This document shows positions 14,014 through 24,353 of a DNA stretch of 64,000 bases, piece by piece. Position 1 is the first letter of the stretch; each line of letters begins with the position of its first letter. Made by a program: the position numbers and the translations under genes. Below the pieces are notes generated by a model that had not been told where the DNA came from, made no database searches, and was given only the letters and a program-made list of their open reading frames with translations. Origin of the DNA: Coriobacteriia bacterium (GTDB lineage: Bacteria; Actinomycetota; Coriobacteriia; Anaerosomatales; PALSA-660); assembly GCA_025361885.1 (NCBI GenBank), contig JANYJF010000001.1, positions 5,208-69,207 of the forward strand, read 5' to 3'.

Positions 14014-14208
14014 ATGGCGAAGACCACTGTGAAGACACTCAAGATCACTCAGATCCGCAGCACCATCGGATGCCCGTCGGACCAAGGGAAGACCGTTCGC
14101 GCCCTGGGACTCAAGCGCATCCGCCACTCGGTGGAGCAGGCGGACAGCCCTTCGATCCGCGGTATGGTGTTCAAGGTCAAGCACTTGGTGACGGTCGAGG
14201 AGATCTAG
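14014..14208 (+). CDS. rpmD: 50S ribosomal protein L30
   Basis: 64 aa, [11 protein letters not shown]. Confidence 0.94.
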   Translation: MAKTTVKTLKITQIRSTIGCPSDQGKTVRALGLKRIRHSVEQADSPSIRGMVFKVKHLVTVEEI

Positions 14209-14378
14209 TCGCCCGAATGGTACTACCGGCGGCGGCGCGATGAAGCGCCGATGCGCCGACCGTGTCGTGGCGACAGCCCCGGCACTGTGCAAACCAGTCA
14301 GCCGGCGGCGAGCGGCCGGCGACCGGGGCGACGCCTGACGGCGCCGTGCCGGTGGCGCAGAAGAAGGAGAATCACGAG

Positions 14379-14825
14379 ATGCAGCTGAACGACCTTTCCC
14401 CGGCACCGGGGTCAACCAAGAAGCGCAAGCGCGTAGGTCGCGGCAACGGCTCCGGACACGGCAGCACCGCCGGTCGCGGTGACAAGGGTCAGAACTCGCG
14501 TTCCGGCGGCGGCAAGGGCCCGGGCTTTGAGGGCGGACAGAACCCGCTGCACATGCGGCTTCCCAAGCTCCCCGGATTCAAGAACCGCTTCCGCGTGGAG
14601 TCCGCGGTGGTCAACGTCGGCCGCCTGGAGGACCTGTTCGCCAAGGGTGACGTCGTGGACGTGGACGCTCTGTTCGCCAAGGGTGTCATCAAGTCCAAGA
14701 CCCAGCCGGTCAAGGTCCTGGGCGACGGAGAGCTGACCCTGGCGCTCACCGTCAAGGTCGACAAGGTCTCGGGTCCTGCCCGCACCAAGATCGAGGCGGC
14801 TGGAGGGACGGTCGAGGTCCTGTGA
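14379..14825 (+). CDS. rplO: 50S ribosomal protein L15
   Basis: [28 protein letters not shown] 9 nt upstream. The track ORF from 14262 is over-extended. Confidence 0.94.
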   Translation: MQLNDLSPAPGSTKKRKRVGRGNGSGHGSTAGRGDKGQNSRSGGGKGPGFEGGQNPLHMRLPKLPGFKNRFRVESAVVNVGRLEDLFAKGDVVDVDALFAKGVIKSKTQPVKVLGDGELTLALTVKVDKVSGPARTKIEAAGGTVEVL

Positions 14826-16084
14826 TCAGCGCACTGGCAAACGCGTTCAAGATCCCGGACCTTCGAAAGAAGATCCTGTTCACGTTCGGCGTCATCGCGC
14901 TCTATCGCTTCGGCGCTCACGTACCGGTCCCCGGTATCTCGCAGAAGCTCATCGACATGATCGCCGCCAACGTCTCGAGTAGCGGCGCGCTGGGGCTGCT
15001 CAACCTGTTCGCGGGTGGCGCGCTCGAGCGCTTCGCGATCTTCAGCCTCGGCATCATGCCGTACATCACGTCGTCGATCATCATGCAGCTGCTGCAGGCG
15101 GTCATCCCCAAGCTCGAGGAATGGTCCAAGGAAGGCGAGACGGGACAGCGCAAGATCACGCAGATCACGCGGTACATGACGCTGGGTCTGGGCTTCGTGG
15201 AGTCGCTCGGCCTGCTCGCGATGTTCCAGTCCAAGAACTACGGCGTGAACCAGCAGTTCCCACTGCTCATGCAGATCCTGATCGTCATCACACTGCTCGC
15301 GGGCACCGCATTCATCATGTGGATGGGCGAGCTGATCACGCAGCGCGGCATCGGCAACGGCATGTCGCTCATCATCTTCTCCAGCATCGTCGCGCGGTTC
15401 CCGACGACCATGATCTCGGCCACCGCCACGGCGGGCTGGCAGTGGGTCATCATCATCCTGGTCATCGTGGTATTCGTTGTTGCGGCGATCGTGACGATGG
15501 AGAGGGCGCAGCGCCGGATCCCCGTGCAGTACGCCAAGCGCATCGTGGGCCGCAAGGTCTACGGCGGCGCGGGGACGTACATCCCGCTGAAGCTCAACGG
15601 CGCCAACGTCGTGCCGATCATCTTCGCCTCGTCGGTGCTGTACCTGCCGACGGTGCTGGTCGGGTTCTTCCCGAACGCCACGATGCAGTCGGTGGCCGGG
15701 GCGCTGTCGAGCGGACCGCTCAACTGGCTTATCGAAGGCGTGCTGATCGTGTTCTTCGCCTACTTCTACACGGCACTGATATTCAACCCGATTGACCTGG
15801 CCGACAACATGCGCAAGCAGGGCGGGTTCATCCCGGGTGTGCGCCCCGGCAAGGCCACGGCCACGTACATCGAGAACGTGCTGAACCGCATCACGCTTCC
15901 CGGCGCGGTCTTCCTCGCGGCGGTCGCGGTCGTCCCGGCTATCCTGTTCCAGACGACGAAGGTTCAGCTGCTCCAGCAGTTCGGCGGCACGTCCATCCTG
16001 ATCATGGTGGGCGTCGCGCTCGAGACCATGACCCAGCTGGAAAGCCAGCTGAAGATGCGTCACTACGACGGGTTCTTCAAGTAA
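14822..16084 (+). CDS. secY: Preprotein translocase subunit SecY
   Basis: 420 aa, multi-TM protein. GTGA overlap with rplO. Canonical position. Confidence 0.96.
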   Translation: MISALANAFKIPDLRKKILFTFGVIALYRFGAHVPVPGISQKLIDMIAANVSSSGALGLLNLFAGGALERFAIFSLGIMPYITSSIIMQLLQAVIPKLEEWSKEGETGQRKITQITRYMTLGLGFVESLGLLAMFQSKNYGVNQQFPLLMQILIVITLLAGTAFIMWMGELITQRGIGNGMSLIIFSSIVARFPTTMISATATAGWQWVIIILVIVVFVVAAIVTMERAQRRIPVQYAKRIVGRKVYGGAGTYIPLKLNGANVVPIIFASSVLYLPTVLVGFFPNATMQSVAGALSSGPLNWLIEGVLIVFFAYFYTALIFNPIDLADNMRKQGGFIPGVRPGKATATYIENVLNRITLPGAVFLAAVAVVPAILFQTTKVQLLQQFGGTSILIMVGVALETMTQLESQLKMRHYDGFFK

Positions 16085-16164
16085 CCCGCTACGACCACGG
16101 ACTGGCAGCGTCAGCGGCGCCGGGTCTCCCCGGCGCCGCGACGATGATTTGAGGGGTGGGCGGC

Positions 16165-16809
16165 ATGAACATCGTCCTTCTGGGCGCTCCGGGTGCCGGC
16201 AAGGGCACGCAGGCGGCCAAGATGGTGGAGGTCTTCGGGCTTCCGCATATCTCGACCGGCGACATGTTCCGCAAGGCCGTGGCTGACGGTACGCCGATGG
16301 GCGTAGCCGCCAAGGGCTTCATGGACAAGGGCGAGCTCGTTCCCGACGACGTCGTCATAGGCATCGTGAAGGAGCGGCTGAGCCAGCCTGACTGCGTCGC
16401 CGGGTTCATCCTCGACGGCTTCCCTCGAACTGCTCCGCAGGCCGACGCGCTTGGCGCCGCACTTTCGGACATGGGTCGAGCTCTGGACGCGGTGATCTCG
16501 ATAGAGGTACCTCGCGAGGCGCTCGTGGGCCGGCTGACATCCCGTCGCCAGTGTCGGGCATGCGGCCGCATCTACAACACGATGGGCGAGATGCCCGCGG
16601 TCCACGGAGTGTGTGACGACTGCGGCGGCGAGGTCTACCAGCGCGACGACGACACCGTCGCCACGGTCACCAATCGCCTCGACGTGTACGACAAGAACAC
16701 GGAGCCGCTGATCGCATACTACGAGACCCGTGGCCTGCTTCGCCCGATCGACGGGGACCGCTCCCCCCACGTCGTCTTCGCCGATGTCCGCAAAGCGCTT
16801 GAGGGCTGA
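16165..16809 (+). CDS. adk: Adenylate kinase (four-Cys zinc lid)
   Basis: MNIVLLGAPGAGKGTQ P-loop. Lid CRACGRIY...CDDCGG. Confidence 0.96.
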   Translation: MNIVLLGAPGAGKGTQAAKMVEVFGLPHISTGDMFRKAVADGTPMGVAAKGFMDKGELVPDDVVIGIVKERLSQPDCVAGFILDGFPRTAPQADALGAALSDMGRALDAVISIEVPREALVGRLTSRRQCRACGRIYNTMGEMPAVHGVCDDCGGEVYQRDDDTVATVTNRLDVYDKNTEPLIAYYETRGLLRPIDGDRSPHVVFADVRKALEG

Positions 16810-16816
16810 TCTGCGA

Positions 16817-17563
16817 ATGATCGTGCGAAAGTCACCCGCGGAGATCGAGGTAATGCGTGAGGCCGGCAGAGTGTCGGCTCTGGCGCTTCGTCTCGCGGGC
16901 GATGCCGTAGGTGTCGGCATCACGACAGCAGAGCTGGACCGGATCGCGGAGGAAGCCATCCGCAAGGAAGGCGGGATCCCGGCTTTCAAGGGATACAATG
17001 GCTTCCCCGCCACACTGTGCACGTCCGTCAACGAGCAGGTCGTCCACGGCATCCCGGGACCGCGCAAGCTCCGCGACGGTGACATCCTTTCCATCGACGT
17101 GGGCGCGATCATCGACGGGTACTACGGAGACAACGCACGCACGTTCGCGGTAGGCGAGGTAGCGCCGCGCACCCTGCGACTCATGCAGGTCACGCGCCAG
17201 TCCCTGGAGGCCGGGATCGCGCGGTGCAGGGTCGGCATGCGGCTGTACGACGTGTCAGCGGCTGTCCAACAGGTCGCGGAGGCCGCAGGGTTCGGTATCG
17301 TGCGCGAGTACGTGGGGCACGGCATCGGACGACACATGCATGAGGAGCCGCAGGTGCCCAACTACGGGCCCGCGGGCAAGGGCCCGAGCTTGCAGCCGGG
17401 CATGGTGCTCGCGATAGAGCCGATGATCAACGAGGGCGGCGAAGCGGTACGTCAACTCGACGACGGCTGGACCGTCGTCACCTCTGACGGCAAGCCGTCG
17501 GCGCACTACGAGCACACGGTCGCGATCACCGATAAGGGGCCCGTCATCCTCACGCTCGAATGA
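16817..17563 (+). CDS. map: Type I methionine aminopeptidase
   Basis: [17 protein letters not shown], metal ligands in the DVGA..DGY..D / HGIG / EPM context, 248 aa. Confidence 0.95.
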   Translation: MIVRKSPAEIEVMREAGRVSALALRLAGDAVGVGITTAELDRIAEEAIRKEGGIPAFKGYNGFPATLCTSVNEQVVHGIPGPRKLRDGDILSIDVGAIIDGYYGDNARTFAVGEVAPRTLRLMQVTRQSLEAGIARCRVGMRLYDVSAAVQQVAEAAGFGIVREYVGHGIGRHMHEEPQVPNYGPAGKGPSLQPGMVLAIEPMINEGGEAVRQLDDGWTVVTSDGKPSAHYEHTVAITDKGPVILTLE

Positions 17564-17568
17564 GTGTC

Positions 17569-17596
17569 TGGACGCTCGAAAGCCTTGTGCTATACT
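17569..17596 (+). promoter_or_regulatory. Possible promoter for infA (TGGACG, 16-nt spacer, TGC-TATACT extended -10)
   Basis: TATACT at 17591-17596, preceded by TGC. The -35 is weak. Confidence 0.35.
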
Positions 17597-17640
17597 ACCC
17601 ATTTGCGGCTCCGTCCGGGCCGCGTGAAGGAGACCAGGTA

Positions 17641-17862
17641 TTGGCAAAGCGCGAAGACTCCATCGAGATCGAAGGCACTGTGGTCGAGCCGCTGCCCAAC
17701 GCGATGTTCCGTGTCGAGTTGGACAATGGGCACAAGGTGCTTGCTCACATTTCCGGTAAGATGCGCATGCACTACATCCGCATCCTGCCTGGCGACAAGG
17801 TCGTCGTGGAACTTTCGCCGTACGACCTGACTCGTGGCCGCATCACCTATCGCTACAAGTAG
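17641..17862 (+). CDS. infA: Translation initiation factor IF-1
   Basis: TTG start after AAGGAG. (M)[30 protein letters not shown], 73 aa. Confidence 0.95.
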   Translation: MAKREDSIEIEGTVVEPLPNAMFRVELDNGHKVLAHISGKMRMHYIRILPGDKVVVELSPYDLTRGRITYRYK

Positions 17863-17991
17863 GGCGGTCTTCGAAAGCGGCAAGGGGTACGCCCGGTGCC
17901 GTGTTACTGTGTGTCGAGGCTTGGAAAAGGAACGCCTGCGGCTGGGCGCTTAGATACATACCGACAGCAAGTGCATGCGAAAGGACGATCG

Positions 17992-18105
17992 ATGAAGGTA
18001 CGACCGTCGGTCAAGAGGATCTGTGAGAAGTGCAAGGTCATCCGCCGTCATGGCCGGGTGCTCGTAATCTGTGAGAACCCACGCCACAAGCAGCGGCAGG
18101 GTTAG
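17992..18105 (+). CDS. rpmJ: 50S ribosomal protein L36 (zinc-binding form)
   Basis: [37 protein letters not shown], 37 aa. Confidence 0.96.
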   Translation: MKVRPSVKRICEKCKVIRRHGRVLVICENPRHKQRQG

Positions 18106-18122
18106 GACCAGGAGGGATTGCT

Positions 18123-18497
18123 TTGGCGCGTATAGCAGGCGTCGATCTTCCCCGTGAGAAGCGCGTCGAGATTGGCTTGACGTACATCTTCGGGATTGGG
18201 CTCACCACCTCGCAGGCGATCCTGCGCGAGACTGGTATCAGCTCGGATACGCGTGTCCGCAACCTCACGGAAGAAGAGGTCGTTCGGCTACGTGAGTACA
18301 TCGACCGCAGTCTCAAGGTGGAGGGTGACCTTCGCCGAGAGGTGAGCCAGAACATCAAGCGTCTCATGGAGATCGGCTGCTACCGCGGTCTTCGTCACCG
18401 TCGCGGTCTGCCGGTGCGCGGCCAGCGCACCCACACCAACGCGCGTACGCGCAAGGGTCCGCGCCGCCAGATCGGCGCGAAGAAGAAGGGTAAGTAG
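18123..18497 (+). CDS. rpsM: 30S ribosomal protein S13
   Basis: TTG start, (M)[16 protein letters not shown], 124 aa. Confidence 0.96.
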   Translation: MARIAGVDLPREKRVEIGLTYIFGIGLTTSQAILRETGISSDTRVRNLTEEEVVRLREYIDRSLKVEGDLRREVSQNIKRLMEIGCYRGLRHRRGLPVRGQRTHTNARTRKGPRRQIGAKKKGK

Positions 18498-18499
18498 CA

Positions 18500-18907
18500 A
18501 TGGCAGCAGCTCCGAAGAAGAGGGCCACCAAGACGCGCGTCAAGCGCAGCGAGCGCAAGAACATCGCTGTCGGTGCCGCGCACATCAAGAGTACCTTCAA
18601 CAACACGATCATCACGATCACGGACCCCTCGGGCAACGTGATCGCATGGCAGTCCGCCGGGACCGTCGGCTTCAAGGGATCGCGCAAGTCCACCCCCTTC
18701 GCGGCGCAGATGGCTGCGGAGCAGTGCGCGAAGAACGCCCAGGAGCACGGCCTGCGCAAGGTCACGGTCTTCGTCAAGGGCCCGGGTTCGGGCCGCGAGA
18801 CCGCTATCCGTTCACTTCAGGCCGCCGGCCTGGAGATCGCCAGCATCCAGGACTGCACCCCCGTTCCGCACAACGGTTGCCGGCCGCGCAAGCGCCGTCG
18901 CGTGTAG
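18500..18907 (+). CDS. rpsK: 30S ribosomal protein S11
   Basis: 135 aa, [13 protein letters not shown]. Confidence 0.96.
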   Translation: MAAAPKKRATKTRVKRSERKNIAVGAAHIKSTFNNTIITITDPSGNVIAWQSAGTVGFKGSRKSTPFAAQMAAEQCAKNAQEHGLRKVTVFVKGPGSGRETAIRSLQAAGLEIASIQDCTPVPHNGCRPRKRRRV

Positions 18908-18930
18908 TCGCAGGGAGGAATCGAACCTCA

Positions 18931-19557
18931 ATGGCACGTTACACAGGCGCGGACTGCAGACTCTGCCGCCGCGAAGGCATCAAGCTCTTTCTGAAGGGTG
19001 ATCGCTGCTACACCGACAAGTGCGGTGTCGAGCGTCGTCCCTTCCCGCCGGGCATGGCCGGCCGCAAGCGCCCGCGTGACTCGGAGTACCGGGTCCAGCT
19101 TCGCGAGAAGCAGAAGGCGAAGCGGACGTACGGTCTGCTCGAGAAGCAGTTCCGCAACTACTATGAGATCGCGACGCGCCAGCAGGGCATCACGGGCGAG
19201 AACCTCCTTCGCCTGCTCGAGAGCCGGCTGGACAACGTGGTCTACCGTCTCGGGTTCGCCGCATCTCGCGACGAGGCCCGTCAGACGACGCGTCACAACC
19301 ACATCCATGTCAACGGCAAGCGAGTGAACATCCCGTCATTCCGGGTCCGTCCCGGCGACGTGGTGGCCATCGCACCGAAGGCCCGGGACATGACGGTCAT
19401 CAAGGCCGCCATCATCTCCTCGGCTCGCATCGAGGTTCCCGGTTGGCTCGAGGTCGACGTCGAGAAGCTGCAGGGCAAGGTCCTGTCGCTCCCGCAGCGT
19501 GACCAGATCGATATCCCGGTGCGCGAGCAGCTCATCATCGAGCTGTACTCCAAGTAG
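18931..19557 (+). CDS. rpsD: 30S ribosomal protein S4
   Basis: [26 protein letters not shown], 208 aa. Confidence 0.96.
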   Translation: MARYTGADCRLCRREGIKLFLKGDRCYTDKCGVERRPFPPGMAGRKRPRDSEYRVQLREKQKAKRTYGLLEKQFRNYYEIATRQQGITGENLLRLLESRLDNVVYRLGFAASRDEARQTTRHNHIHVNGKRVNIPSFRVRPGDVVAIAPKARDMTVIKAAIISSARIEVPGWLEVDVEKLQGKVLSLPQRDQIDIPVREQLIIELYSK

Positions 19558-19597
19558 CCCCCGCAAGCTGTCGATCAAGCCAAGGAGGCTTCCAGAT

Positions 19598-20536
19598 ATG
19601 ACAGAGTTCATGAGGCCCCAGGTGTCCGTCGAGCTCATCGACGACCGCACCGCGCGCTACGTGGTGGAACCGCTGGAGCGCGGCTTCGGATACACCCTGG
19701 GCAACTGCATGCGTCGCGTGCTGCTCTCCTCGCTCGAGGGCGCAGCCGCCACTTCGATCCGCGTAGCGGGCGTGCAGCACGAGTTCGCCGCGATCGAGGG
19801 TGTCCGCGAGGACGTCACGGACATCGTGCTCAACATCAAGGAACTGGTGTTCCGCGAGACGGGGATCGGTGCGGCTGACGCCGTGGCGACCTTGTCCGCT
19901 ACCGGTCCGAAAGTCATCACCGGCGCTGACCTGCAGATCCCGTCCGAGTTCGAGCTCGTCAACCCCGAGCACGAGATCGCGAACATCGGCAAGGGCGTCA
20001 AGTTCGAGATGTCGATCCGCATCGGTGTCGGCCGCGGCTACGTGTCGGCCGACCGCAACAAGCGTGCCGACGACCCGCTGGGCGTCATCACCGTCGACTC
20101 CCTGTTCAGCCCGATCATGCGCTGCACGTACGTGGTGGAGAACACCCGCGTGGGCCAGCGCACCGACTACGACAAGGTCACCCTCGAGCTCGAGACCAAC
20201 GGCTCCGTGGATCCCAGCGACGCCGTGGCACGGGCCGCGAAGATCATCAATGAGCACATGATGCTCTTTGCCGATCAGGCCGTCTCCGCTCTGTCGGACG
20301 AGGGCATCTTCACGGCGACACTCGACGAGGGTGAGAGCGCGCTCGATACCCCTATCGAGGAGCTCGACCTGTCGGTCCGCTCGTACAACTGCCTGAAGCG
20401 CCAGGGCGTCAACACCATCGGTCAGCTGACGGAGTGCACGGAGGCCGACCTTTTGAACATTCGTAACTTCGGCGCCAAGTCCATCGAAGAAGTGAAAGAC
20501 AAGCTTCAGCAGATGGGCTTGGGGCTCAAGGCCTAG
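19598..20536 (+). CDS. rpoA: DNA-directed RNA polymerase subunit alpha
   Basis: VVEPLERGFGYTLGNCMRRVLLSS; C-terminal domain LSVRSYNCLKRQG; 312 aa. Confidence 0.96.
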   Translation: MTEFMRPQVSVELIDDRTARYVVEPLERGFGYTLGNCMRRVLLSSLEGAAATSIRVAGVQHEFAAIEGVREDVTDIVLNIKELVFRETGIGAADAVATLSATGPKVITGADLQIPSEFELVNPEHEIANIGKGVKFEMSIRIGVGRGYVSADRNKRADDPLGVITVDSLFSPIMRCTYVVENTRVGQRTDYDKVTLELETNGSVDPSDAVARAAKIINEHMMLFADQAVSALSDEGIFTATLDEGESALDTPIEELDLSVRSYNCLKRQGVNTIGQLTECTEADLLNIRNFGAKSIEEVKDKLQQMGLGLKA

Positions 20537-20548
20537 GAGACACCGCAC

Positions 20549-20902
20549 ATGAGACATGCCAAGAAGGGTCGCGCGCTCGGTACCGACGCAAGCCACACCA
20601 GTGCGATACTGCACGGCATCGCACGCGCGGTGTTCGTGAACGAGCGCATCAAGACGACCGAGACCAGGGCCAAGGAAGTCCGTCCGCTGGTCGAGAAGAT
20701 CATCACATGGGCGAAGAAGGGCGACGTGCACTCGCGCCGCCTCGCCATGGGCGAGCTGCGCGACAAGGCGCTCGTCCACCGCATCTTCGCTGAGATCGCC
20801 CCTCGTTTCGAGGGTCGCGACGGCGGCTACACCCGCATCATGAAAGTCGGCCCCCGCAAGGGAGACGCCGCCCCCATGGTGATCATGGAGCTCGTCGACT
20901 AG
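20549..20902 (+). CDS. rplQ: 50S ribosomal protein L17
   Basis: 117 aa, MRHAKKGRALGTDASH. Confidence 0.96.
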   Translation: MRHAKKGRALGTDASHTSAILHGIARAVFVNERIKTTETRAKEVRPLVEKIITWAKKGDVHSRRLAMGELRDKALVHRIFAEIAPRFEGRDGGYTRIMKVGPRKGDAAPMVIMELVD

Positions 20903-20959
20903 CTCCTCGCTGCGCAACTCCCACGGTGCGCGATCGAGCGGCACGGTGGGGCACGACAG

Positions 20960-20995
20960 GACGGAGGGCCTCGCGGTATCGTGAGGCCCTCCGTC
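20960..20995 (+). terminator. Hairpin after rplQ (13-bp stem GACGGAGGGCCTC/GAGGCCCTCCGTC, 10-nt loop)
   Basis: Perfect inverted repeat read directly. No U-tract. Confidence 0.55.
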
Positions 20996-21032
20996 GCGTG
21001 TGACGGCGGGTACTTCATGAGAGGCGGCAGGC

Positions 21033-21884
21033 GTGGCGCAGGGCGCGGGCACAGCGGTGAGCGGGGTCGCCTTCGAGGACGTGTCGTTCTCGTACTCCGC
21101 GGGCGGTGCCGGGCGGTCCGCTCTGTGCGACATCACACTGACGCTCTCGTCCGGGGAGCTGCTTGCCGTGGTGGGAGCCAACGGGTCGGGGAAGTCGACA
21201 CTCGCGCGCCTGTGCAACGGCCTGCTCGTGGCCTCGTCGGGGGTGGTGCGCGTGGACGGTCTCGACCCTGCCGACCCCGACCTGACGTGGGACGTTCGCT
21301 CCCGCGTCGCGATGGTCTTCCAGGACCCCGACAACCAGATCGTTGGCACCGTGGTCGAGGACGATGTGGCTTTCGGTCCCGAGAATCTCGGCGTGCCCGC
21401 TGACGAGATCAGGCGCCGGGTCGATGCTGCGCTCGCCGCCGTCGGACTCGCAGGTTTCGAGCGACGGGAGCCGCACCTGCTATCCGACGGTCAGAAGCAG
21501 CGGCTCGCGATGGCGTCCGCGCTCGCGATGGAGCCCGCGTATCTGGTGCTGGACGAGCCGTGCGCGATGCTCGATCCGGAGGGCCGGGCCGACGTGCTGG
21601 CTCTTGCGGACGCGCTCGCGCACGAGCGGGGTCACGGAGTGCTTCTCGTGACGCACGACATCGCCGACGTCGCGGTCGCCGACCGTGTCGCTGTCCTGGA
21701 TCGGGGAGTGCTCTCCTTCCTCGGTGACCCCGAGGACCTCCTGAGCGACGATGCGGCCTTGACCGCCGCCGGTCTGGAGATGCCGTCGATCGGCGTGCTC
21801 GCCGCCCTGCTGCGTGAGTCCGGGTTCGACGTGCCCCGCAGGGCGCTGACCCCCGAGGCCCTGGTCGGTGCGCTGTGGCACTGA
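21033..21884 (+). CDS. ecfA1: ECF transporter ATPase component EcfA1
   Basis: Walker A GANGSGKST, signature LSDGQKQR, Walker B LVLDEP. GTG start. Confidence 0.88.
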   Translation: MAQGAGTAVSGVAFEDVSFSYSAGGAGRSALCDITLTLSSGELLAVVGANGSGKSTLARLCNGLLVASSGVVRVDGLDPADPDLTWDVRSRVAMVFQDPDNQIVGTVVEDDVAFGPENLGVPADEIRRRVDAALAAVGLAGFERREPHLLSDGQKQRLAMASALAMEPAYLVLDEPCAMLDPEGRADVLALADALAHERGHGVLLVTHDIADVAVADRVAVLDRGVLSFLGDPEDLLSDDAALTAAGLEMPSIGVLAALLRESGFDVPRRALTPEALVGALWH

Positions 21885-22711
21885 TCGTCGAGGACGCCGG
21901 ATTCGCGTACAACGCCGGCCGTGGCTTCGAGCACCGGGCGCTCGAGGGCGTGGACATGACGGTCGAGAGGGGTGGGCTCACCGTGGTGCTGGGGCCGACC
22001 GGGTCGGGCAAGAGCACGCTGCTGCGCCTGGCGTGCGGTCTGGTCGACGCCACGGAGGGACGCGTGACGATCGACGGCCAGGAGATGTCCTCCGCGGCAA
22101 GGAGGCGTCTCCGTGGTCGGGTCGGGATGGTGTTCCAGAACCCGGAGTCGCAGTTCTTCGCCGCGAGCGTGCTCGAGGACGTCGCGTTCGGGCCGGTCAA
22201 CCTGGGCGCGGCGCATCCGCACGACGAAGCCCGCGCGGCCCTGACCGCGGTCGGACTGGACCCTGACGAATTCGGCTTCCGGACGCCCTTCGAGCTGTCC
22301 GGCGGCGAGGCCCGCCGGGCTGCCGTCGCGGGAGTGCTGGCGATGCGTCCGGACTACCTGCTGCTGGACGAGCCGACAGCCGGATTGGATGCTCGTGGTC
22401 GCGCAGCCGTGCGCGAAGCCGTTGCCGCGGCCCGGTCATCGGCCGGCGTGGTGGTGGTCACCCACGAGGCGAGCGAGTTCATGGCGTCAGCCGATCGTGT
22501 GCTGGTGTTGTCCGGTGGGTCCCTGGCGTTCTCAGGGACCCCTGCCGAGATGCTCTCCGCCAGCGCATCGCTGCCCGCGGGCGTGCGGCTCCCGGACGTC
22601 GCCCGAGCCGTGCTGCTGGCCGGCGAGAGATGGGGCGCGAACCCCCGGGCCACTCTCGATCCTCGCGAGGCGGCCCGCATCCTCACCGCGATGGCGGGCG
22701 GTCCGCGGTGA
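21875..22711 (+). CDS. ecfA2: ECF transporter ATPase component EcfA2
   Basis: GPTGSGKST, LSGGEARR, LLLDEPTAGLD. Overlaps ecfA1 by 10 nt. Confidence 0.88.
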   Translation: MALIVEDAGFAYNAGRGFEHRALEGVDMTVERGGLTVVLGPTGSGKSTLLRLACGLVDATEGRVTIDGQEMSSAARRRLRGRVGMVFQNPESQFFAASVLEDVAFGPVNLGAAHPHDEARAALTAVGLDPDEFGFRTPFELSGGEARRAAVAGVLAMRPDYLLLDEPTAGLDARGRAAVREAVAAARSSAGVVVVTHEASEFMASADRVLVLSGGSLAFSGTPAEMLSASASLPAGVRLPDVARAVLLAGERWGANPRATLDPREAARILTAMAGGPR

Positions 22712-23505
22712 GCCCGGCGCGCATCGCGATCGGGCAGTACGTCCCGGTCGACTCACCGGTCCACCGCCTCAACGCCCTGGCGAAGATGGGGCTGGTCGCA
22801 GCGTTCACCGCCGCGCTGTTCCTCGTGCACGGTTTCGCAGGCCTGGCCGCCGCGGGCGCCGTGTTGGTGGCGGCCATCGCGTTGTCGCGGGTGCCGGCGG
22901 CAGCGGCGGCCCGGGGCGTGAGCGCCGTGGCGGTCATAGTGGCGTTCACGCTGTTGGCCAACGGGTTGCGCTGGCGGCCGGCGACCGCGCTGGTGCGGGT
23001 GGGGCCGCTGGCGCTCGATGCGGCAGGCCTGAGGACCGGGTCGTTCTTCGCCCTTCGCATCCTGCTGCTGGTGATCGCCACGACCCTGCTCACACTCACG
23101 ACGAGTCCAGTCGAGATCACGGAGGCGCTAGAGCGGATCCTGCGTCCGCTTCGCCCTCTCGGTGTTCCGGCGGGCGAGCTCGCCATGACGCTCACCATCG
23201 CGCTTCGTTTCGTCCCAACGACTGCCGAGGAGACCGAGCGCATAGTCACCGCGCAATCGATGAGGGGCGCGCGGCTGGATTCGGGCGGGCCGCTGGCGCG
23301 TGTCAGGGCCTGGGTCCCCGTGCTCATCGCGGTGTTCTTCAACCTGTTCCGCCGCGCAGACGATCTGGCCGTCGCGATGGAGTCGCGCTGCTACCATGGT
23401 GGCGAGGGTCGCACGTCGATGCGGATGTCGAAGATGCGCTCCGCCGACTGGGTGGCGCTGCTTGCGGGCGCCTCGATGCTGATCGCGATGGGGCTGATGC
23501 TGTGA
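22708..23505 (+). CDS. ecfT: ECF transporter transmembrane component EcfT
   Basis: GTGA overlap with ecfA2. CbiQ/EcfT-like multi-TM protein with a coupling-helix region ...ALRFVPT...RG. 265 aa. Confidence 0.85.
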   Translation: MSPARIAIGQYVPVDSPVHRLNALAKMGLVAAFTAALFLVHGFAGLAAAGAVLVAAIALSRVPAAAAARGVSAVAVIVAFTLLANGLRWRPATALVRVGPLALDAAGLRTGSFFALRILLLVIATTLLTLTTSPVEITEALERILRPLRPLGVPAGELAMTLTIALRFVPTTAEETERIVTAQSMRGARLDSGGPLARVRAWVPVLIAVFFNLFRRADDLAVAMESRCYHGGEGRTSMRMSKMRSADWVALLAGASMLIAMGLML

Positions 23506-24281
23506 GCGGCGGTAGCACGACCGTGGTGACCGTCTCGTACGACGGCCGTCCCTTCGCAGGTTTCCAGAGGCAGCCCGGACAGGTCACCGTCCAGGGCCGG
23601 CTGGAGGCCGCGTTGGCCATCGCGCTGCGTCGCCCGGTCATCACCGCGTGCGCGGGCCGCACGGACGCGGGGGTGCACGCCCTCGCGCAGGTCATCAGCT
23701 TCCCCGCGCACGAGCCCGACGTCGACAATCGCTCCCTGCTGCGGTCGCTCAACTCGCTCGCGGGCGACGGGATATCCGTGGTCGACGTGCGCTCGGCACC
23801 GCCGCAGTTCGACGCACGACACTCGGCGGTATCGCGCGAGTACCGCTACCGCGTCGTGACCGGGCCGGTGCCCCCGTTGTTCCTGCGCGACCTGGCGTGG
23901 TGGGTCAAGGGCCCGCTGGACCTCGGCGCGATGCGCCAGGCCGCGTCGGAGCTGACCGGACGGCACGACTTCCGCACGTTCTGCGTGAAAGGGAGCTCCG
24001 AGGGCAAGCGCACCGTGCGCACGATCGACCTGCTTGAGATCGAGCCGGCCTGGGAGATGGGCGAGCATTGCATCGTGGTGCGGATCATCGGGCGCAGCTT
24101 CCTGCACTCGATGGTGCGTATCGTGGTGGGCAGCCTGGTCGAGGTGGGTCGCGGGAAGCGTCCGGCGCGGTGGGTGGGCGAGGTTCTCGAGGCGCAGCAC
24201 CGCGGGGCCGCCGGCCAGACGGCGCCTCCTCACGGGCTCACGCTGTGGCACGTCACGTACCCCGAGGAACTGTGGCTCTAG
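23502..24281 (+). CDS. truA: tRNA pseudouridine(38-40) synthase TruA
   Basis: GTGA overlap with ecfT. YDGRPFAGFQRQ...AGRTDAGVHA catalytic Asp motif. 259 aa. Confidence 0.92.
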   Translation: MSGGSTTVVTVSYDGRPFAGFQRQPGQVTVQGRLEAALAIALRRPVITACAGRTDAGVHALAQVISFPAHEPDVDNRSLLRSLNSLAGDGISVVDVRSAPPQFDARHSAVSREYRYRVVTGPVPPLFLRDLAWWVKGPLDLGAMRQAASELTGRHDFRTFCVKGSSEGKRTVRTIDLLEIEPAWEMGEHCIVVRIIGRSFLHSMVRIVVGSLVEVGRGKRPARWVGEVLEAQHRGAAGQTAPPHGLTLWHVTYPEELWL

Positions 24282-24353
24282 GGTCCTCGAGATGCTCCAT
24301 CCACCACTGCTGTGGGCAGGTTCGGAGGGGCATGGGGACGCCCGGCGGCGTTG

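Noticed and set aside
16116-16137. 9-bp hairpin GGCGCCGGG-TCTC-CCCGGCGCC between secY and adk as an internal terminator or attenuator
   Set aside because: It is plausible but is an isolated short GC hairpin in GC-rich DNA. secY-adk-map are normally co-transcribed, so the evidence is insufficient.
17921-17956. TTGGAA ... TAGATA as a promoter for rpmJ-rpsM
   Set aside because: The spacer between the two hexamers is 24 nt, far outside the 16-19 nt range.
22389-24281. 630-aa + strand ORF apparently spanning ecfA2, ecfT and truA
   Set aside because: Only the last 259 codons (from the GTG at 23502) encode TruA. The upstream part is an out-of-frame read-through over ecfA2 and ecfT with an Arg/Pro/Gly-rich nonsense composition. 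The same logic applies to 3939..5246 (only rpsJ is real), 11905..13098 (only rplF), 18646..19557 (rpsD), 42015..43469 (udg) and 44377..46326 (real start at 44770).
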